DNA of 64,000 nt from Leptonemataceae bacterium (GTDB taxonomy: Bacteria > Spirochaetota > Leptospiria > Leptospirales > Leptonemataceae). Made by a program: the position numbers and the translations under genes. Below are positions 21,055 to 30,741 of the stretch, piece after piece (position 1 is the stretch's first letter; each line of letters opens with the position of its first letter). The stretch lies in assembly GCA_965227295.1 (NCBI GenBank), contig OZ245742.1:3008001-3072000 (forward strand), read 5' to 3'. Under the pieces are notes generated by a model, which was not told the DNA's origin, ran no database searches, and worked only from the letters and a program-made list of their open reading frames with translations.

Positions 21055-21793
21055 AACGATCCTGATTGTCGACGACGAAGAGGACATTTGTTCGGAGTTG
21101 ACGATCTTTCTTTCCAGGAGCCAGTTCCGTGTTCTTACCGCTCTGAACGGCCGGGACGCTCTACAGTTGTTTCAGCGTTACGCGCCGGCGGTCACCGTGA
21201 CCGATTACTCGATGCCCGGCATGGACGGCCTTCAACTGTTACACGAAATCAAGGCTCTAACGCCCCAGGCCGAGGTGATCTTTATTTCGGGGCACGCCGA
21301 CATGCGGACCGCCGTGCGTGCCATTCAGGATCATGCCTTCGATTTTCTCAGCAAACCCGTCGACCTCGACGAACTCCTGGACCGCATCCGCAAGGCTCTC
21401 GAACGCGCACGCATGGGAGAGCTCCAACACACGCCGTCCGGTAGCGGGGCCATCACGCACGAGCGTTATGAATCCCCGCGCGATGCCTCGGTACTGTATG
21501 TACTGACTCCCATGGACGGCGTGCAGCGACAGAGAGTCATGCAGGAGTTTCAAAAGCTCCTCGAACAGGACCAACTCGCACCGGCCGTGGTGATTTCCCT
21601 CGGCCGGTGCGAGCAGATCAACAACGTGGGCCTGAATGCGTTACTGGATATGCGCAAACTTTTAGCGGAGCGCGGTCAGCGGGTGATTCTCGCCCAGGTA
21701 AACTCGCGCGTGTTCGCGTACTTAAAGACGTTAGGCTACCATGAAACGTTTCAGATAACGCAGTCCGTGGAGAACGCGCTGCGAATGTTTTAA
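21041..21793 (+). CDS. Response regulator with C-terminal STAS domain
   Basis: ILIVDDE, DYSMPGMDG, FLSKP; C-term STAS-like INNVGLNALL. Confidence 0.85.
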   Translation: MMDFETILIVDDEEDICSELTIFLSRSQFRVLTALNGRDALQLFQRYAPAVTVTDYSMPGMDGLQLLHEIKALTPQAEVIFISGHADMRTAVRAIQDHAFDFLSKPVDLDELLDRIRKALERARMGELQHTPSGSGAITHERYESPRDASVLYVLTPMDGVQRQRVMQEFQKLLEQDQLAPAVVISLGRCEQINNVGLNALLDMRKLLAERGQRVILAQVNSRVFAYLKTLGYHETFQITQSVENALRMF

Positions 21794-21817
21794 AGGCGAG
21801 TCGCTGTTGTTTTCGGC

Positions 21818-22633
21818 TCAGTCCGATGCCGCTTGCGGTCGCAGTTGAAACATGTGTTTCCCCAGGAAATGCAGGGCGGAGTCCGGCAGAATCTTCAACA
21901 GAAACGTGAGCAGGCCGGCGCGATTGCCGATCGGATAACGGTACACCGGGCCGGACGAGCTGGCGATAGCGAAAACCTTTGCGGCGATCCCGACGGGGTC
22001 CGGGCCGGAGCGGATTTGACCCTCGATGATGCCGCCGACTCGATTGCGCGGCGAATCATACAACGACATGGGCCGGCCGGGCGTTACCATGTGAATGCCG
22101 GTGCGATGCGCCGTCGGTTCAATGGAAGCGACGCGGATGCCGTAAGGTTCCACTTCCAATCGCAACGACTGCGTGATCGCTTCGACGGAGTGTTTCGACG
22201 CGGCGTAGATGCCGTGAAAGGGAACGCCGAAGACGCCGGAGAGCGAACTCATCATGATCACCGTGCCGCTCTTTTGTTCGCGCATGGCCGGGAGCACCGC
22301 CCGGGTGACGCGCAGCGAGCCGAATACGTTCGTTTCGAAGATCTGCTTCGTTTCTTCCAGTGACGTCTCTTCGATCGCGCCGAGCATGGCGATGCCCGCG
22401 TTGTTGAACAGTACGTCGATCTTCCCGACTTCGTTCAGTACCGCGGCTACCGCGGCCTCGATCGACGGCTCCGATCGAACGTCCATCGCCACCCAGCGGA
22501 CGTTTTCCATTTCCGTTTTGCGGTTCAGATCCCTGGTGGTGCCGTAGACCTGCCAGCCGCGTTCGCTGAAGTAGCGCGCGGTGATCAGGCCGAAGCCCGA
22601 CGACGCCCCGGTGATGAGTATGACCTTTTTCAT
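21818..22633 (-). CDS. SDR family oxidoreductase
   Basis: TGASSGFG, NNAG, YAASK. Confidence 0.93.
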   Translation of the reverse strand: MKKVILITGASSGFGLITARYFSERGWQVYGTTRDLNRKTEMENVRWVAMDVRSEPSIEAAVAAVLNEVGKIDVLFNNAGIAMLGAIEETSLEETKQIFETNVFGSLRVTRAVLPAMREQKSGTVIMMSSLSGVFGVPFHGIYAASKHSVEAITQSLRLEVEPYGIRVASIEPTAHRTGIHMVTPGRPMSLYDSPRNRVGGIIEGQIRSGPDPVGIAAKVFAIASSSGPVYRYPIGNRAGLLTFLLKILPDSALHFLGKHMFQLRPQAASD

Positions 22634-22658
22634 AATTTTTCCCTTTACGTAGAATCTT

Positions 22659-22681
22659 TTAGGCGTACGCTGTACGCTTAA
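22659..22681. promoter_or_regulatory. Putative TetR operator
   Basis: TTAGGCGTAC-GCT-GTACGCTTAA palindrome between divergent SDR and TetR genes. Confidence 0.7.
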
Positions 22682-22716
22682 AAGAGAATGGGCGGCCCGG
22701 GGCCGAAAGTCAAGCA

Positions 22717-23337
22717 ATGCCGAGAAAAAAATCACTGGATCTGGAAGACATCACCACGGCGGCCCGCGAGCTCATTGCGCGACAGGGGCTCGGCGCGTTG
22801 TCCATGCGCAACCTGGCGGACGAGTTGGGCCTGGGCGCGATGTCGCTCTATCGTTACGTGGACAGCAAACAGCAACTGGTGGATCTTATGGTCGTCGACG
22901 TATTCGATCGCATCTCTTTGAAGCTTCCCGCGGCCGACGCCTGGTCGGAGCAGTTGACTCTGTTGATGACCCGGACCTACAAGGCCATCCGTCGAGACCT
23001 GGATCTCGTGCCGTTGATCCTCACAAACCGTCACGTCAGCGAACGTACGCTGCGCTGGACGGAGACCGTTCTCGGTATTCTGGCCGACGGCGGCTTCGTC
23101 GGCGAAGAGCGAATGGTTGCGCTGCGTACGCTATTAAGTTACGTCATCGGCACCGTGCAGATGCAGTCCTACGGTCCGTTGGCGGGGCGGGGGACGAAGG
23201 CCATGGCCGCTCTACCCGCGGAAGAGTTTCCGCTGCTGGTGGAAACGGCGCGTCACGCGCGCGGCGTCTCTTCGCAGCGCGAGTTCGCCCTCGGTCTGGA
23301 ACTGGTGTTAGGCGGATTGGAGCGGCGTGTAAAGTGA
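22717..23337 (+). CDS. TetR/AcrR family regulator (TetR_C type)
   Basis: LSMRNLADELGLGAMSLYRYV HTH; FALGLELVLGG. Confidence 0.92.
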   Translation: MPRKKSLDLEDITTAARELIARQGLGALSMRNLADELGLGAMSLYRYVDSKQQLVDLMVVDVFDRISLKLPAADAWSEQLTLLMTRTYKAIRRDLDLVPLILTNRHVSERTLRWTETVLGILADGGFVGEERMVALRTLLSYVIGTVQMQSYGPLAGRGTKAMAALPAEEFPLLVETARHARGVSSQREFALGLELVLGGLERRVK

Positions 23338-23411
23338 TGCAGCGCGAGCTAAAAAGCTGCGGCCGTGTGCGGCGCGCCTTCGGGTGGTCTTCGGCTTGAC
23401 AGATACAGTCG

Positions 23412-24185
23412 ATGCAGCGTAGCTTTGCCGCCATGAATGTTACGTGGTGCTACTTCTCCGGTGACCTGAACGCGGTGCGCAAGTATCTGAACGAACACGA
23501 TATCGAGTTCGGACACAGAAACAAACGCCGGACGATTTTCCTGCGTGAGTATGACATTCACCTGATGGGTCTCAATGACGAATCACCGGGATTTGCGCCG
23601 GAGATCTGTCGCGTTCGGCCGGACGAAAGGGGAGAGAAACAGGCGAACGATCGTCTGTTTCGATTACTCAAGAAAGAGTTCGGAATCACGAACGAAGAAG
23701 CAGACCGCTTGTGGAAGGCCCGCACCGATGAGCGGCGGAGTCGCTACGGTTTTCGTTTGCAGGGAGGTTATCCGCTTCCGGATTCAGCGCGCATCGACGC
23801 GGCCGAGAAAAAGCTCGGCCTGCGTTTCCCCGAGACGTACCGGGACTTTCTCATGGGCCACAACGGCGGCAGGCCGGATGACGATGATTTCGAGCTATCA
23901 AGCGTTCGATACTTTCTCGCGATCGACGGCAAACCGCACCACGATCTCGAACACGCCTGGCATTCTTATTCAGGACGAATTCCCGCCGGCTTGTTGCCGA
24001 TCGCCGGGGATCCCGGCGGCAATCTGATTCTCATCGGGCTCAGGGGAAAATCGAAGGGGCAGATCTACTTCTGGGATCATGAAGAAGAAGGCAGCCCCGA
24101 AGCCGCCTCTTTCCTGGCTGCGTCCCTCGAAGATTTTCTCGCGAGCCTGCATTCGAGTTCACCGGTCACCCGGGAGCGATACTGA
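23412..24185 (+). CDS. SMI1/KNR4 (SUKH) family protein with N-terminal extension
   Basis: AEKKLGLRFPETYRDFLMGHNGG, LLPIAGDPGGN, IYFWDHE. Confidence 0.85.
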   Translation: MQRSFAAMNVTWCYFSGDLNAVRKYLNEHDIEFGHRNKRRTIFLREYDIHLMGLNDESPGFAPEICRVRPDERGEKQANDRLFRLLKKEFGITNEEADRLWKARTDERRSRYGFRLQGGYPLPDSARIDAAEKKLGLRFPETYRDFLMGHNGGRPDDDDFELSSVRYFLAIDGKPHHDLEHAWHSYSGRIPAGLLPIAGDPGGNLILIGLRGKSKGQIYFWDHEEEGSPEAASFLAASLEDFLASLHSSSPVTRERY

Positions 24186-24206
24186 TCGCAGCGTTGTCGC
24201 TTGCGC

Positions 24207-24836
24207 TCACTTCTTTCCTTTTTTTAACACGCGCCGATAGGCAATGCCTGCTGCTTCTTCCAGACGGCGCCAGTCCTTCGGCCGCAATTGGTCTCGCCGG
24301 CGTTCCTGCACGGCGATCATACACAACCCGTTCCACAGCAGCGTATGGAGCGCCGCCACGTCGGCCTTTTCTCCGGCGCTGAACTCCTGCACCAGTTCCC
24401 GCAGCATGCGCGTCCTTAGAATCTCCTGTGCGCAGGTTAGCTGATTGCCCTCCGGTCCCAGGGACCACGCGAAGATTTCCAGCGCCACCGGATGGGCCCG
24501 GAGCGCCCGGACGCCGTTCTCACTTAAGATCGCGAAGCGCCGCCACATGGGTCGCAGTTCGCGCAGCTGGAGCCGGCTGTCTGCGGCGTCGGGGCCGCAA
24601 AAGTCTTCGATCGCCGGCCAGATCGAGCGCTCCATCGCATAGGAACGCAGGAGTTCGTCCGTGCTGCCGAAGTGGCGATAGAGCAGGGCCTTGTCCGCCC
24701 CGGCTTCCCGGGCGAGGGCATTGATCCCGAAGCCGGTATAACCTTCGCGCAACAGGAGCCCGGTAAGGGCGTCCAGCCAGCGGTCGCGGTGGGGATTCGC
24801 AGCAGGCTCGGGCGACGTTGTCTTTTTGCGGGCCAC
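24207..24836 (-). CDS. TetR/AcrR family regulator
   Basis: GINALAREAGADKALLYRHFGS HTH; start uncertain (24836/24869). Confidence 0.88.
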   Translation of the reverse strand: MARKKTTSPEPAANPHRDRWLDALTGLLLREGYTGFGINALAREAGADKALLYRHFGSTDELLRSYAMERSIWPAIEDFCGPDAADSRLQLRELRPMWRRFAILSENGVRALRAHPVALEIFAWSLGPEGNQLTCAQEILRTRMLRELVQEFSAGEKADVAALHTLLWNGLCMIAVQERRRDQLRPKDWRRLEEAAGIAYRRVLKKGKK

Positions 24837-24878
24837 GGCGCAGACTCGGGGGCCGATGTCCTCCGACAATGGAATTCT

Positions 24879-25020
24879 GTCACCGAATGGTGACTTTTGT
24901 GTGACATGCGGGCCGGGTATCGCCGTCGCGGTCCCAATGCCACCATTTGGTGACCGTGCGCGGACGGGCTAACCTGAATTCGGAAGCAGTCAGGGATCGT
25001 CTGTCACCGATCGGTGACAG
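24879..25020. promoter_or_regulatory. Three GTCACC-N4-GGTGAC palindromes (putative TetR operators)
   Basis: 24879-24894, 24939-24954 (1 mismatch), 25001-25020 (perfect CTGTCACCGATCGGTGACAG). Confidence 0.75.
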
Positions 25021-25132
25021 TTAGATTGTTTTCATGTTAAGTTAGTCGAATGTGAAATATTTTTTCAAAAACCCCTGTTATTTGTGTGACATTGTCTTGC
25101 TTTTTCTTCGGGCTCTGCCGTATAATAGCAGC

Positions 25133-25540
25133 ATGAAAGATCAAAAAGAAATCAAACGCCAGGCGAAAAACCTCGAGAAGGCTCTCGACAAACACGCCAA
25201 ACGTTTGCAAAAGATGCCGCTGCGTTTCGCCGACCCGAAAATCGTCGGGGAAGACTCCGGTCAGGACAAACAACTCCTGGACAGTGTCGAAGCGCGTCTC
25301 GCTGAGCTGGCCGATCTTCGCCGTAGCGTCACCAAAAGTCTGAACGACATGGAGGTGTTGCTGCTCCAGCTCAAACACATCAAGGCTGCCCGGCGCGACG
25401 CGAAGAAAGCCGCGCCCAAAGTCGCGAAAGCGAAAAAGCCGAAGAAACAAAAGAAGCTCGACAAGGCTTCGAAAAACGGAAAGCACTCCGGTGCCGGCGT
25501 AACGAAAGAGTCCGCTGTTCCGGCCGCAGCCGCGGTCTGA
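25133..25540 (+). CDS. Coiled-coil protein with Lys/Ala-rich basic tail
   Basis: TATAAT 6 nt upstream of ATG; KKAAPKVAKAKKPKKQKK. Confidence 0.7.
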   Translation: MKDQKEIKRQAKNLEKALDKHAKRLQKMPLRFADPKIVGEDSGQDKQLLDSVEARLAELADLRRSVTKSLNDMEVLLLQLKHIKAARRDAKKAAPKVAKAKKPKKQKKLDKASKNGKHSGAGVTKESAVPAAAAV

Positions 25541-25568
25541 GCAAAGACTTTCGTAGAGAAGCGCACAT

Positions 25569-25605
25569 AGCCGGGGTCGACTTCGGTCGGCCCCGGCTTT
25601 GTTTT
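25569..25605 (+). terminator. Rho-independent terminator
   Basis: AGCCGGGGTCGAC-TTCG-GTCGGCCCCGGCT followed by TTGTTTT. Confidence 0.8.
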
Positions 25606-25658
25606 ATACCCGCAAAGATTGGTTGCAAATTCTCATAGTGAATCTACATCTATGAGCG

Positions 25659-28220
25659 ATGGCGCAGCGTTTCGTTCTTCTCTGTATCACTTTCATCATC
25701 TCCGGGACGAGCATCGCCTGCTACGATGCCGAACGGATCGTGTCCCTGGGCACGGAAGAGGGCTGGAGCTTTCGCGAGGGCTTTTCCGAAGACTGGCTGA
25801 ACACGGACCCGGGTAACTGGAAGGGCTTCAAAGTCCCGACGAACTTTCGCACCCGCGACGACGTGCCGGACGATTACGCCGGTTCGCTGACACTACGCCG
25901 GGAACTGCCGACCAGGCTTACGGAAATCGCCGCGCGGTCCGAGGCATTGGCGTTCTTCAGCGGCCGCATCTCCGACGTGGCGGAGTTCTACATCAACGGC
26001 GAGCGCATCGCCGGCGTGGGCAGCCCGCCGCCGGAGTACGCTTCCGGAAGTTACCGTGCCGTGCTGGCGGACGTATCGCCGCGGCTGTTCGGTCAGGAGC
26101 CGGACGTCATGCACATTCGCCTCTATACGAACGGCGTCTACGATCTGAACTTCCACGACACGGCCATTCGCATCGGCCCGGCGCGGGACGTGTACACCGC
26201 GTACTATCGCGAAGAGATGATTTCGTTCGCGTTGCTTGTCCTGTACATGGCCGTGGGATTGTATCATCTGTTGCTCGCGATTCGACGCCCCCAGGACATC
26301 TACAACTTCTACTTCGGCCTCTTCGGTGTGATGATCTCATGCTACTGGTTCTTTACCACGGCCTCTCGAGATCTGCTCTTCGGCGAACACGTATTGTTGC
26401 GCGCGAAAGTCGAGTACGTGGTGCTATTTACTCTCGGCCCGTTGCTGTTGATTTTTATTTCGCAGTACTTCCAGCGTCGCTATTCGAAGGTCGGCCTCGT
26501 CTACTCCGCGGTGTGTGCCGTCGCGGCCCTGGCAGTAACCTTCGGCGATCGTTCCGTCATGAGTCTCGCATTGTCGCTGTGGCAACTGACGGCGCTCCCC
26601 ATGTTGATTTACATCGCGTACTTCATCGGCCGTGAGGCCTGGCGCGGTGATCGCGACGCGCGCTATTTGCTCGGCGGCGTTTTGTTGATCACCGGCGCGG
26701 GCATCTACGACATTGCCGCCGCGCGTGCCTGGATCAACTCGCCGCCCATCGGTCGGTATACCTTCGTCGTGTTTATCGGCGGCATCGCCGGAGTGCTGGC
26801 GGCGCGATTCGCGCGGGTGCAGAACGAAGTGGAAGAACTGAACGCGAACCTGGAACGCAAGGTCGAAGATCGCACGCACAAACTCCAGCAAACGCTTTCG
26901 GAGGTTCGCGAGCTCAAGGTCCAGCAGGACGGGGACTACTATCTTACATCACTGTTGATTCAACCCCTGGGCGGGAACTTTACGCAAAGCGACAACGTCG
27001 ACGTGAACTTTCTCGTGCGTCAGAAGAAGCGCTTTAAGTTTCGCCGGTGGGAAGCGGAGATCGGCGGTGACCTGTGCACCGCCCATACCATCGAACTCGG
27101 CGGGCGGCGCTACACGGCGGTACTGAACGGCGACGCCATGGGCAAGTCGATCCAGGGGGCGGGTGGTGCGCTGGTACTCGGCACGGTGTTTAAGTCGGTG
27201 ATCGCGCGGACCCAGGTCTCCGAAAGCGCGCGCAACAAATCTCCGGAGCGTTGGTTGAAGGATTGTTTTCTTGAACTTCAGAACATCTTTGTTTCCTTCG
27301 ACGGCAGCATGTTGATCTCCGCGGTCCTCGGCCTCGTCGACGATGACTGCGGATTGTTCTATTACATAAACGCCGAGCATCCCTGGGTGGTGTTGTATCG
27401 CGACGATCGCGCGCAGTTCATCGAGAATCAGTTGCTCTTGCGCAAGATCGGGATCTGGGGACTCGACGGCAAGTTGCGCGTGCAGACGTTTGAGCTGCGG
27501 CCCAACGACGTGCTTTTGATCGGCTCGGACGGTCGCGACGATGTACAGATCGGCGTGGATGAAAACGGCCATCGCATCATCAACGAGGACGAGTATCAGT
27601 TTTTACGTCACGTGGAAACCGGCCGCGGTTTGCTGGAAGGCATTCATCGTTCGGTGCAGGGCATGGGCGCGCTTACCGATGATTTCACGTTGATCCGTCT
27701 GGCCTATCGCGAGGACGCCCCGCTGCAGCAGCACGAGATGCCCGAACGTTGCCGCGCTTTGATCCAGGCCGGCCGGGAAGATTTCGCCGCGGCGCGCTAC
27801 GGCCAGGCCCTGAACGCCTTCGAGGAAGCCTCGCGTGAACTGGGCGACGTGCGCCCGCTCTTCGAAGCGGAACTGTTGCCGGACCTGGCCCGCAGTCATG
27901 CGAAGCTGAAGCATCATACCGAAGCCGCGCGCTACTGGCTGAGTTACATCGACCTGCGTCCGGAGGACAACGACGCGTTGCATCACGCCGCGTACTCCGC
28001 GAAGCTGGCCGGTCGTTATGCCGACGCCCGGGAGCCGGCCGAACGCCTGCGCCTGCGCGAACCGGAGCACTTGCATAACCTGATCAACCTGGCCGACACG
28101 TTGCGTCTGCTCGGTGAAAGCCGCCGTGCGCAAAAAGTCGCCGAAGAAGCATTAGCGATCGATCCGGACAACGAAAGCGCGCTCCGGCTTCGGGAATTGC
28201 TGTCGTTGCAGTCGGCTTGA
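25659..28220 (+). CDS. SpoIIE/PP2C-family phosphatase with 7TM-DISM input and C-terminal TPRs
   Basis: EIGGDL, NGDAMGKSIQGAGG, NAEHP, GSDGRDD, TDD; TPR-like tail. Confidence 0.9.
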   Translation: MAQRFVLLCITFIISGTSIACYDAERIVSLGTEEGWSFREGFSEDWLNTDPGNWKGFKVPTNFRTRDDVPDDYAGSLTLRRELPTRLTEIAARSEALAFFSGRISDVAEFYINGERIAGVGSPPPEYASGSYRAVLADVSPRLFGQEPDVMHIRLYTNGVYDLNFHDTAIRIGPARDVYTAYYREEMISFALLVLYMAVGLYHLLLAIRRPQDIYNFYFGLFGVMISCYWFFTTASRDLLFGEHVLLRAKVEYVVLFTLGPLLLIFISQYFQRRYSKVGLVYSAVCAVAALAVTFGDRSVMSLALSLWQLTALPMLIYIAYFIGREAWRGDRDARYLLGGVLLITGAGIYDIAAARAWINSPPIGRYTFVVFIGGIAGVLAARFARVQNEVEELNANLERKVEDRTHKLQQTLSEVRELKVQQDGDYYLTSLLIQPLGGNFTQSDNVDVNFLVRQKKRFKFRRWEAEIGGDLCTAHTIELGGRRYTAVLNGDAMGKSIQGAGGALVLGTVFKSVIARTQVSESARNKSPERWLKDCFLELQNIFVSFDGSMLISAVLGLVDDDCGLFYYINAEHPWVVLYRDDRAQFIENQLLLRKIGIWGLDGKLRVQTFELRPNDVLLIGSDGRDDVQIGVDENGHRIINEDEYQFLRHVETGRGLLEGIHRSVQGMGALTDDFTLIRLAYREDAPLQQHEMPERCRALIQAGREDFAAARYGQALNAFEEASRELGDVRPLFEAELLPDLARSHAKLKHHTEAARYWLSYIDLRPEDNDALHHAAYSAKLAGRYADAREPAERLRLREPEHLHNLINLADTLRLLGESRRAQKVAEEALAIDPDNESALRLRELLSLQSA

Positions 28221-28282
28221 GTTGGATTGCGAACTCTCTCCCGAAAATCCTCGGCCCCTCGGCCCCCGGAGTCATAAATCTT

Positions 28283-29005
28283 TCAAAGCGCGCTTGCGAT
28301 CACGCTGCGCACGGTTGACGACAGTTCCTCCACTTCCAGGTCGACGAACTCTTCGACTAACATCGGCTCATGTACGATTACGCGCACGACGCCTTTGCGG
28401 ATCGGCGGCAGGCCTTTGCTCGTGCGCGGGATGATCGTGTCACTGTCGAGGATCGTCAGCGGTTGCACCGGCACCTCCGCGCGTTTGGCCAGAATGAACG
28501 CGCCCTTTTTGAACGGCAGCATGTCGCCGCCGGTCGTCGGGCCGCGGGTACCCTCCGGGAAAATTACGACCGAGTATCCGTTTTTGACGCGTTCCGCCGC
28601 CGCGTGCATCGAGGCCTGGGCCGACCGGCTGTTCTTACGATCCACCGGGATGTAACCGGCGCCCCACATGCCCCAGCCCCATACCGGAATGCGAAACAGC
28701 GACGCCTTCGCGAGCCAGCGAAACTGCACGTTCACCGCGGCGTGCATGATCACCATATCAAACAACGAACGATGGTTCGCCAGATACACCGCGGGGCCGT
28801 TCCGGTACATGCGCTCGGGATTTTCGAGGATGATCTTCACGCCGGCGATGCGCGCGACCAGGCGCGACCAGGAAGATGCCGCCGCGTGGATGAGGCGCGT
28901 GGGGCGGAGCGGTAAGATCGGTACGAGCACCACGGCGTAGCCCAGGAAGATCAAGGCGGCGAGGGGCCAGAGGATGTAAGCGCGCAGGCGATCACTTAGA
29001 GACAT
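28283..29005 (-). CDS. plsC: 1-acyl-sn-glycerol-3-phosphate acyltransferase
   Basis: NHRSLFD, FPEGTR, PFKKGAF. Confidence 0.88.
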   Translation of the reverse strand: MSLSDRLRAYILWPLAALIFLGYAVVLVPILPLRPTRLIHAAASSWSRLVARIAGVKIILENPERMYRNGPAVYLANHRSLFDMVIMHAAVNVQFRWLAKASLFRIPVWGWGMWGAGYIPVDRKNSRSAQASMHAAAERVKNGYSVVIFPEGTRGPTTGGDMLPFKKGAFILAKRAEVPVQPLTILDSDTIIPRTSKGLPPIRKGVVRVIVHEPMLVEEFVDLEVEELSSTVRSVIASAL

Positions 29006-29118
29006 GTTATATCGTCAGACACGAAGATCGTGTGCAAAGCAGAAAACGATGGGGTGTGCCAGGTTAGAGCACGCGAATGTGCTTGTAATCCGCATGGCCT
29101 TTCATTTATATAGAAGAC

Positions 29119-30741
29119 ATGTCCACCGAAACCCGTAAAGGTCCCGGCCCAGCTCTGAACAATAACGCGGACGGCGCGAACGATTCTTCCGATGCTGCCG
29201 AACAAGAACAGCAGACAATTCATCACCGCTTGCGACTGCGCACGCTGCTGTCCGGCGATTACGAAGACGTCAAAGAGATCATGGACGCGGTCTACCCGCT
29301 CATGCACGGGGCCTGGCTGCGGTCGAACTACGAACAACTCATCACCCGTTTTCCCGAGGGGCAGATCTGCATCGAAGACAACGGCAAGGTCGTCGCCGCG
29401 GCGCTGGGCATCCTGGTGGACTACTACAAGTTCGGGGACAAACACACCTACGAACAAATCACCGGCGCCGGCCGTTTCGATACCCACGATCCCAGCGGCG
29501 ATACCCTCTACGGTGTGGACGTCTTCGTGCACCCGGAGTACCGCGGCCTGCGCCTGGGCCGTCGCCTTTACGATGCGCGCAAAATGCTCTGCGAAGAACT
29601 GAACCTGCGCCGCATCGTCACCGGCGGACGCATTCCCGGTTATCATAAAATCTCGGAAGACGTCAGCGTTAAAGAGTATATAAATAAAGTTAAGAACGCC
29701 GAGATCTACGATCCGGGGCTTTCGTTTCAGCTTGCCAACGACTTTCACGTGCGCAAGATCATCACGGACTACATTCCCGAGGACGTCGAATCGCACTCTT
29801 ACGCCACGCTGCTCGAGTGGATCAACATCTACTACGAAGAGAAGCGCTCGCACCTGTTCCCCGCGCGAAAGACCGTCGTACGCGTCGGCGCGGTGCAGTG
29901 GCAAATGCGCCGCGTCACTTCCATGCAGGACATCGTCGATCAGATCGAGTACTTCACGGACGCCATCGCCGGTTACAACGGCGACTTCGTGTTGCTCCCG
30001 GAATTCTTCAACGGCCCGCTTATGGCCGAGTCGAACGAAAAGACGCCGGCCGCGGCCATTCGCCACCTGGCCTCGTATACCGAAAGTCTGCGGGACGCCA
30101 TCGTCGACCTGGCGCTGGCGTACAACATCAACATCGTTGCGGGCAGCATGCCGCAGATCATCGACGATCGCATTTACAACGTTTCGTATCTCTGCCGCCG
30201 CGACGGCACCTACGATTCCCAGGCGAAGTTGCACATCACGCCGGACGAAGCGGCCTACTGGGGCCTCGCCGGCGGCCATCAGCTCTCGGTCTTCGAGACG
30301 GACATCGGTAAGATCGGCGTGTTGATTTGTTACGACGTGGAGTTTCCCGAACTCTCGCGCCTCCTGGCCGAGCAGGGCATGAAGATCCTGTTTGTCCCGT
30401 TCTGGACGGACACCAAGAACGCCTATCTGCGCGTGCGTCGTTGCGCTCAGGCTCGCGCCATCGAAAACGAGTGTTACGTCATGATCACCGGCAGTGTCGG
30501 CAACTTACCGAAAGTGGAGAACATGGACATTCAGTACTCCCAGGCCGCGGTCTTTTCTCCGGCGGACTTTGCGTTTCCTCACGACGCCATCATCGCCGAA
30601 GCCACGCCGAATACGGAGATGACGTTGGTGTCGGACCTGGACCTGGACCTGCTCAAAGATCTGCGCTACAACGGCAGCGTGCGGAACTTTCGCGATCGGC
30701 GGCTGGATTTGTATCGCGTGAACTGGGTGAAAGAGGATTAG
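29119..30741 (+). CDS. Bifunctional GNAT acetyltransferase / carbon-nitrogen hydrolase
   Basis: VHPEYRGLRLGRRLY; LPEFF, KLHITP, ICYDVEFPE, ARAIEN. Confidence 0.93.
   Translation: MSTETRKGPGPALNNNADGANDSSDAAEQEQQTIHHRLRLRTLLSGDYEDVKEIMDAVYPLMHGAWLRSNYEQLITRFPEGQICIEDNGKVVAAALGILVDYYKFGDKHTYEQITGAGRFDTHDPSGDTLYGVDVFVHPEYRGLRLGRRLYDARKMLCEELNLRRIVTGGRIPGYHKISEDVSVKEYINKVKNAEIYDPGLSFQLANDFHVRKIITDYIPEDVESHSYATLLEWINIYYEEKRSHLFPARKTVVRVGAVQWQMRRVTSMQDIVDQIEYFTDAIAGYNGDFVLLPEFFNGPLMAESNEKTPAAAIRHLASYTESLRDAIVDLALAYNINIVAGSMPQIIDDRIYNVSYLCRRDGTYDSQAKLHITPDEAAYWGLAGGHQLSVFETDIGKIGVLICYDVEFPELSRLLAEQGMKILFVPFWTDTKNAYLRVRRCAQARAIENECYVMITGSVGNLPKVENMDIQYSQAAVFSPADFAFPHDAIIAEATPNTEMTLVSDLDLDLLKDLRYNGSVRNFRDRRLDLYRVNWVKED

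Noticed and set aside
24879..25020. Regularly spaced palindromes as a mini CRISPR array
   Set aside because: Shared core is only 16 bp with variable centres, there are only three units, no cas genes, and a TetR gene is adjacent; operators explain it better.
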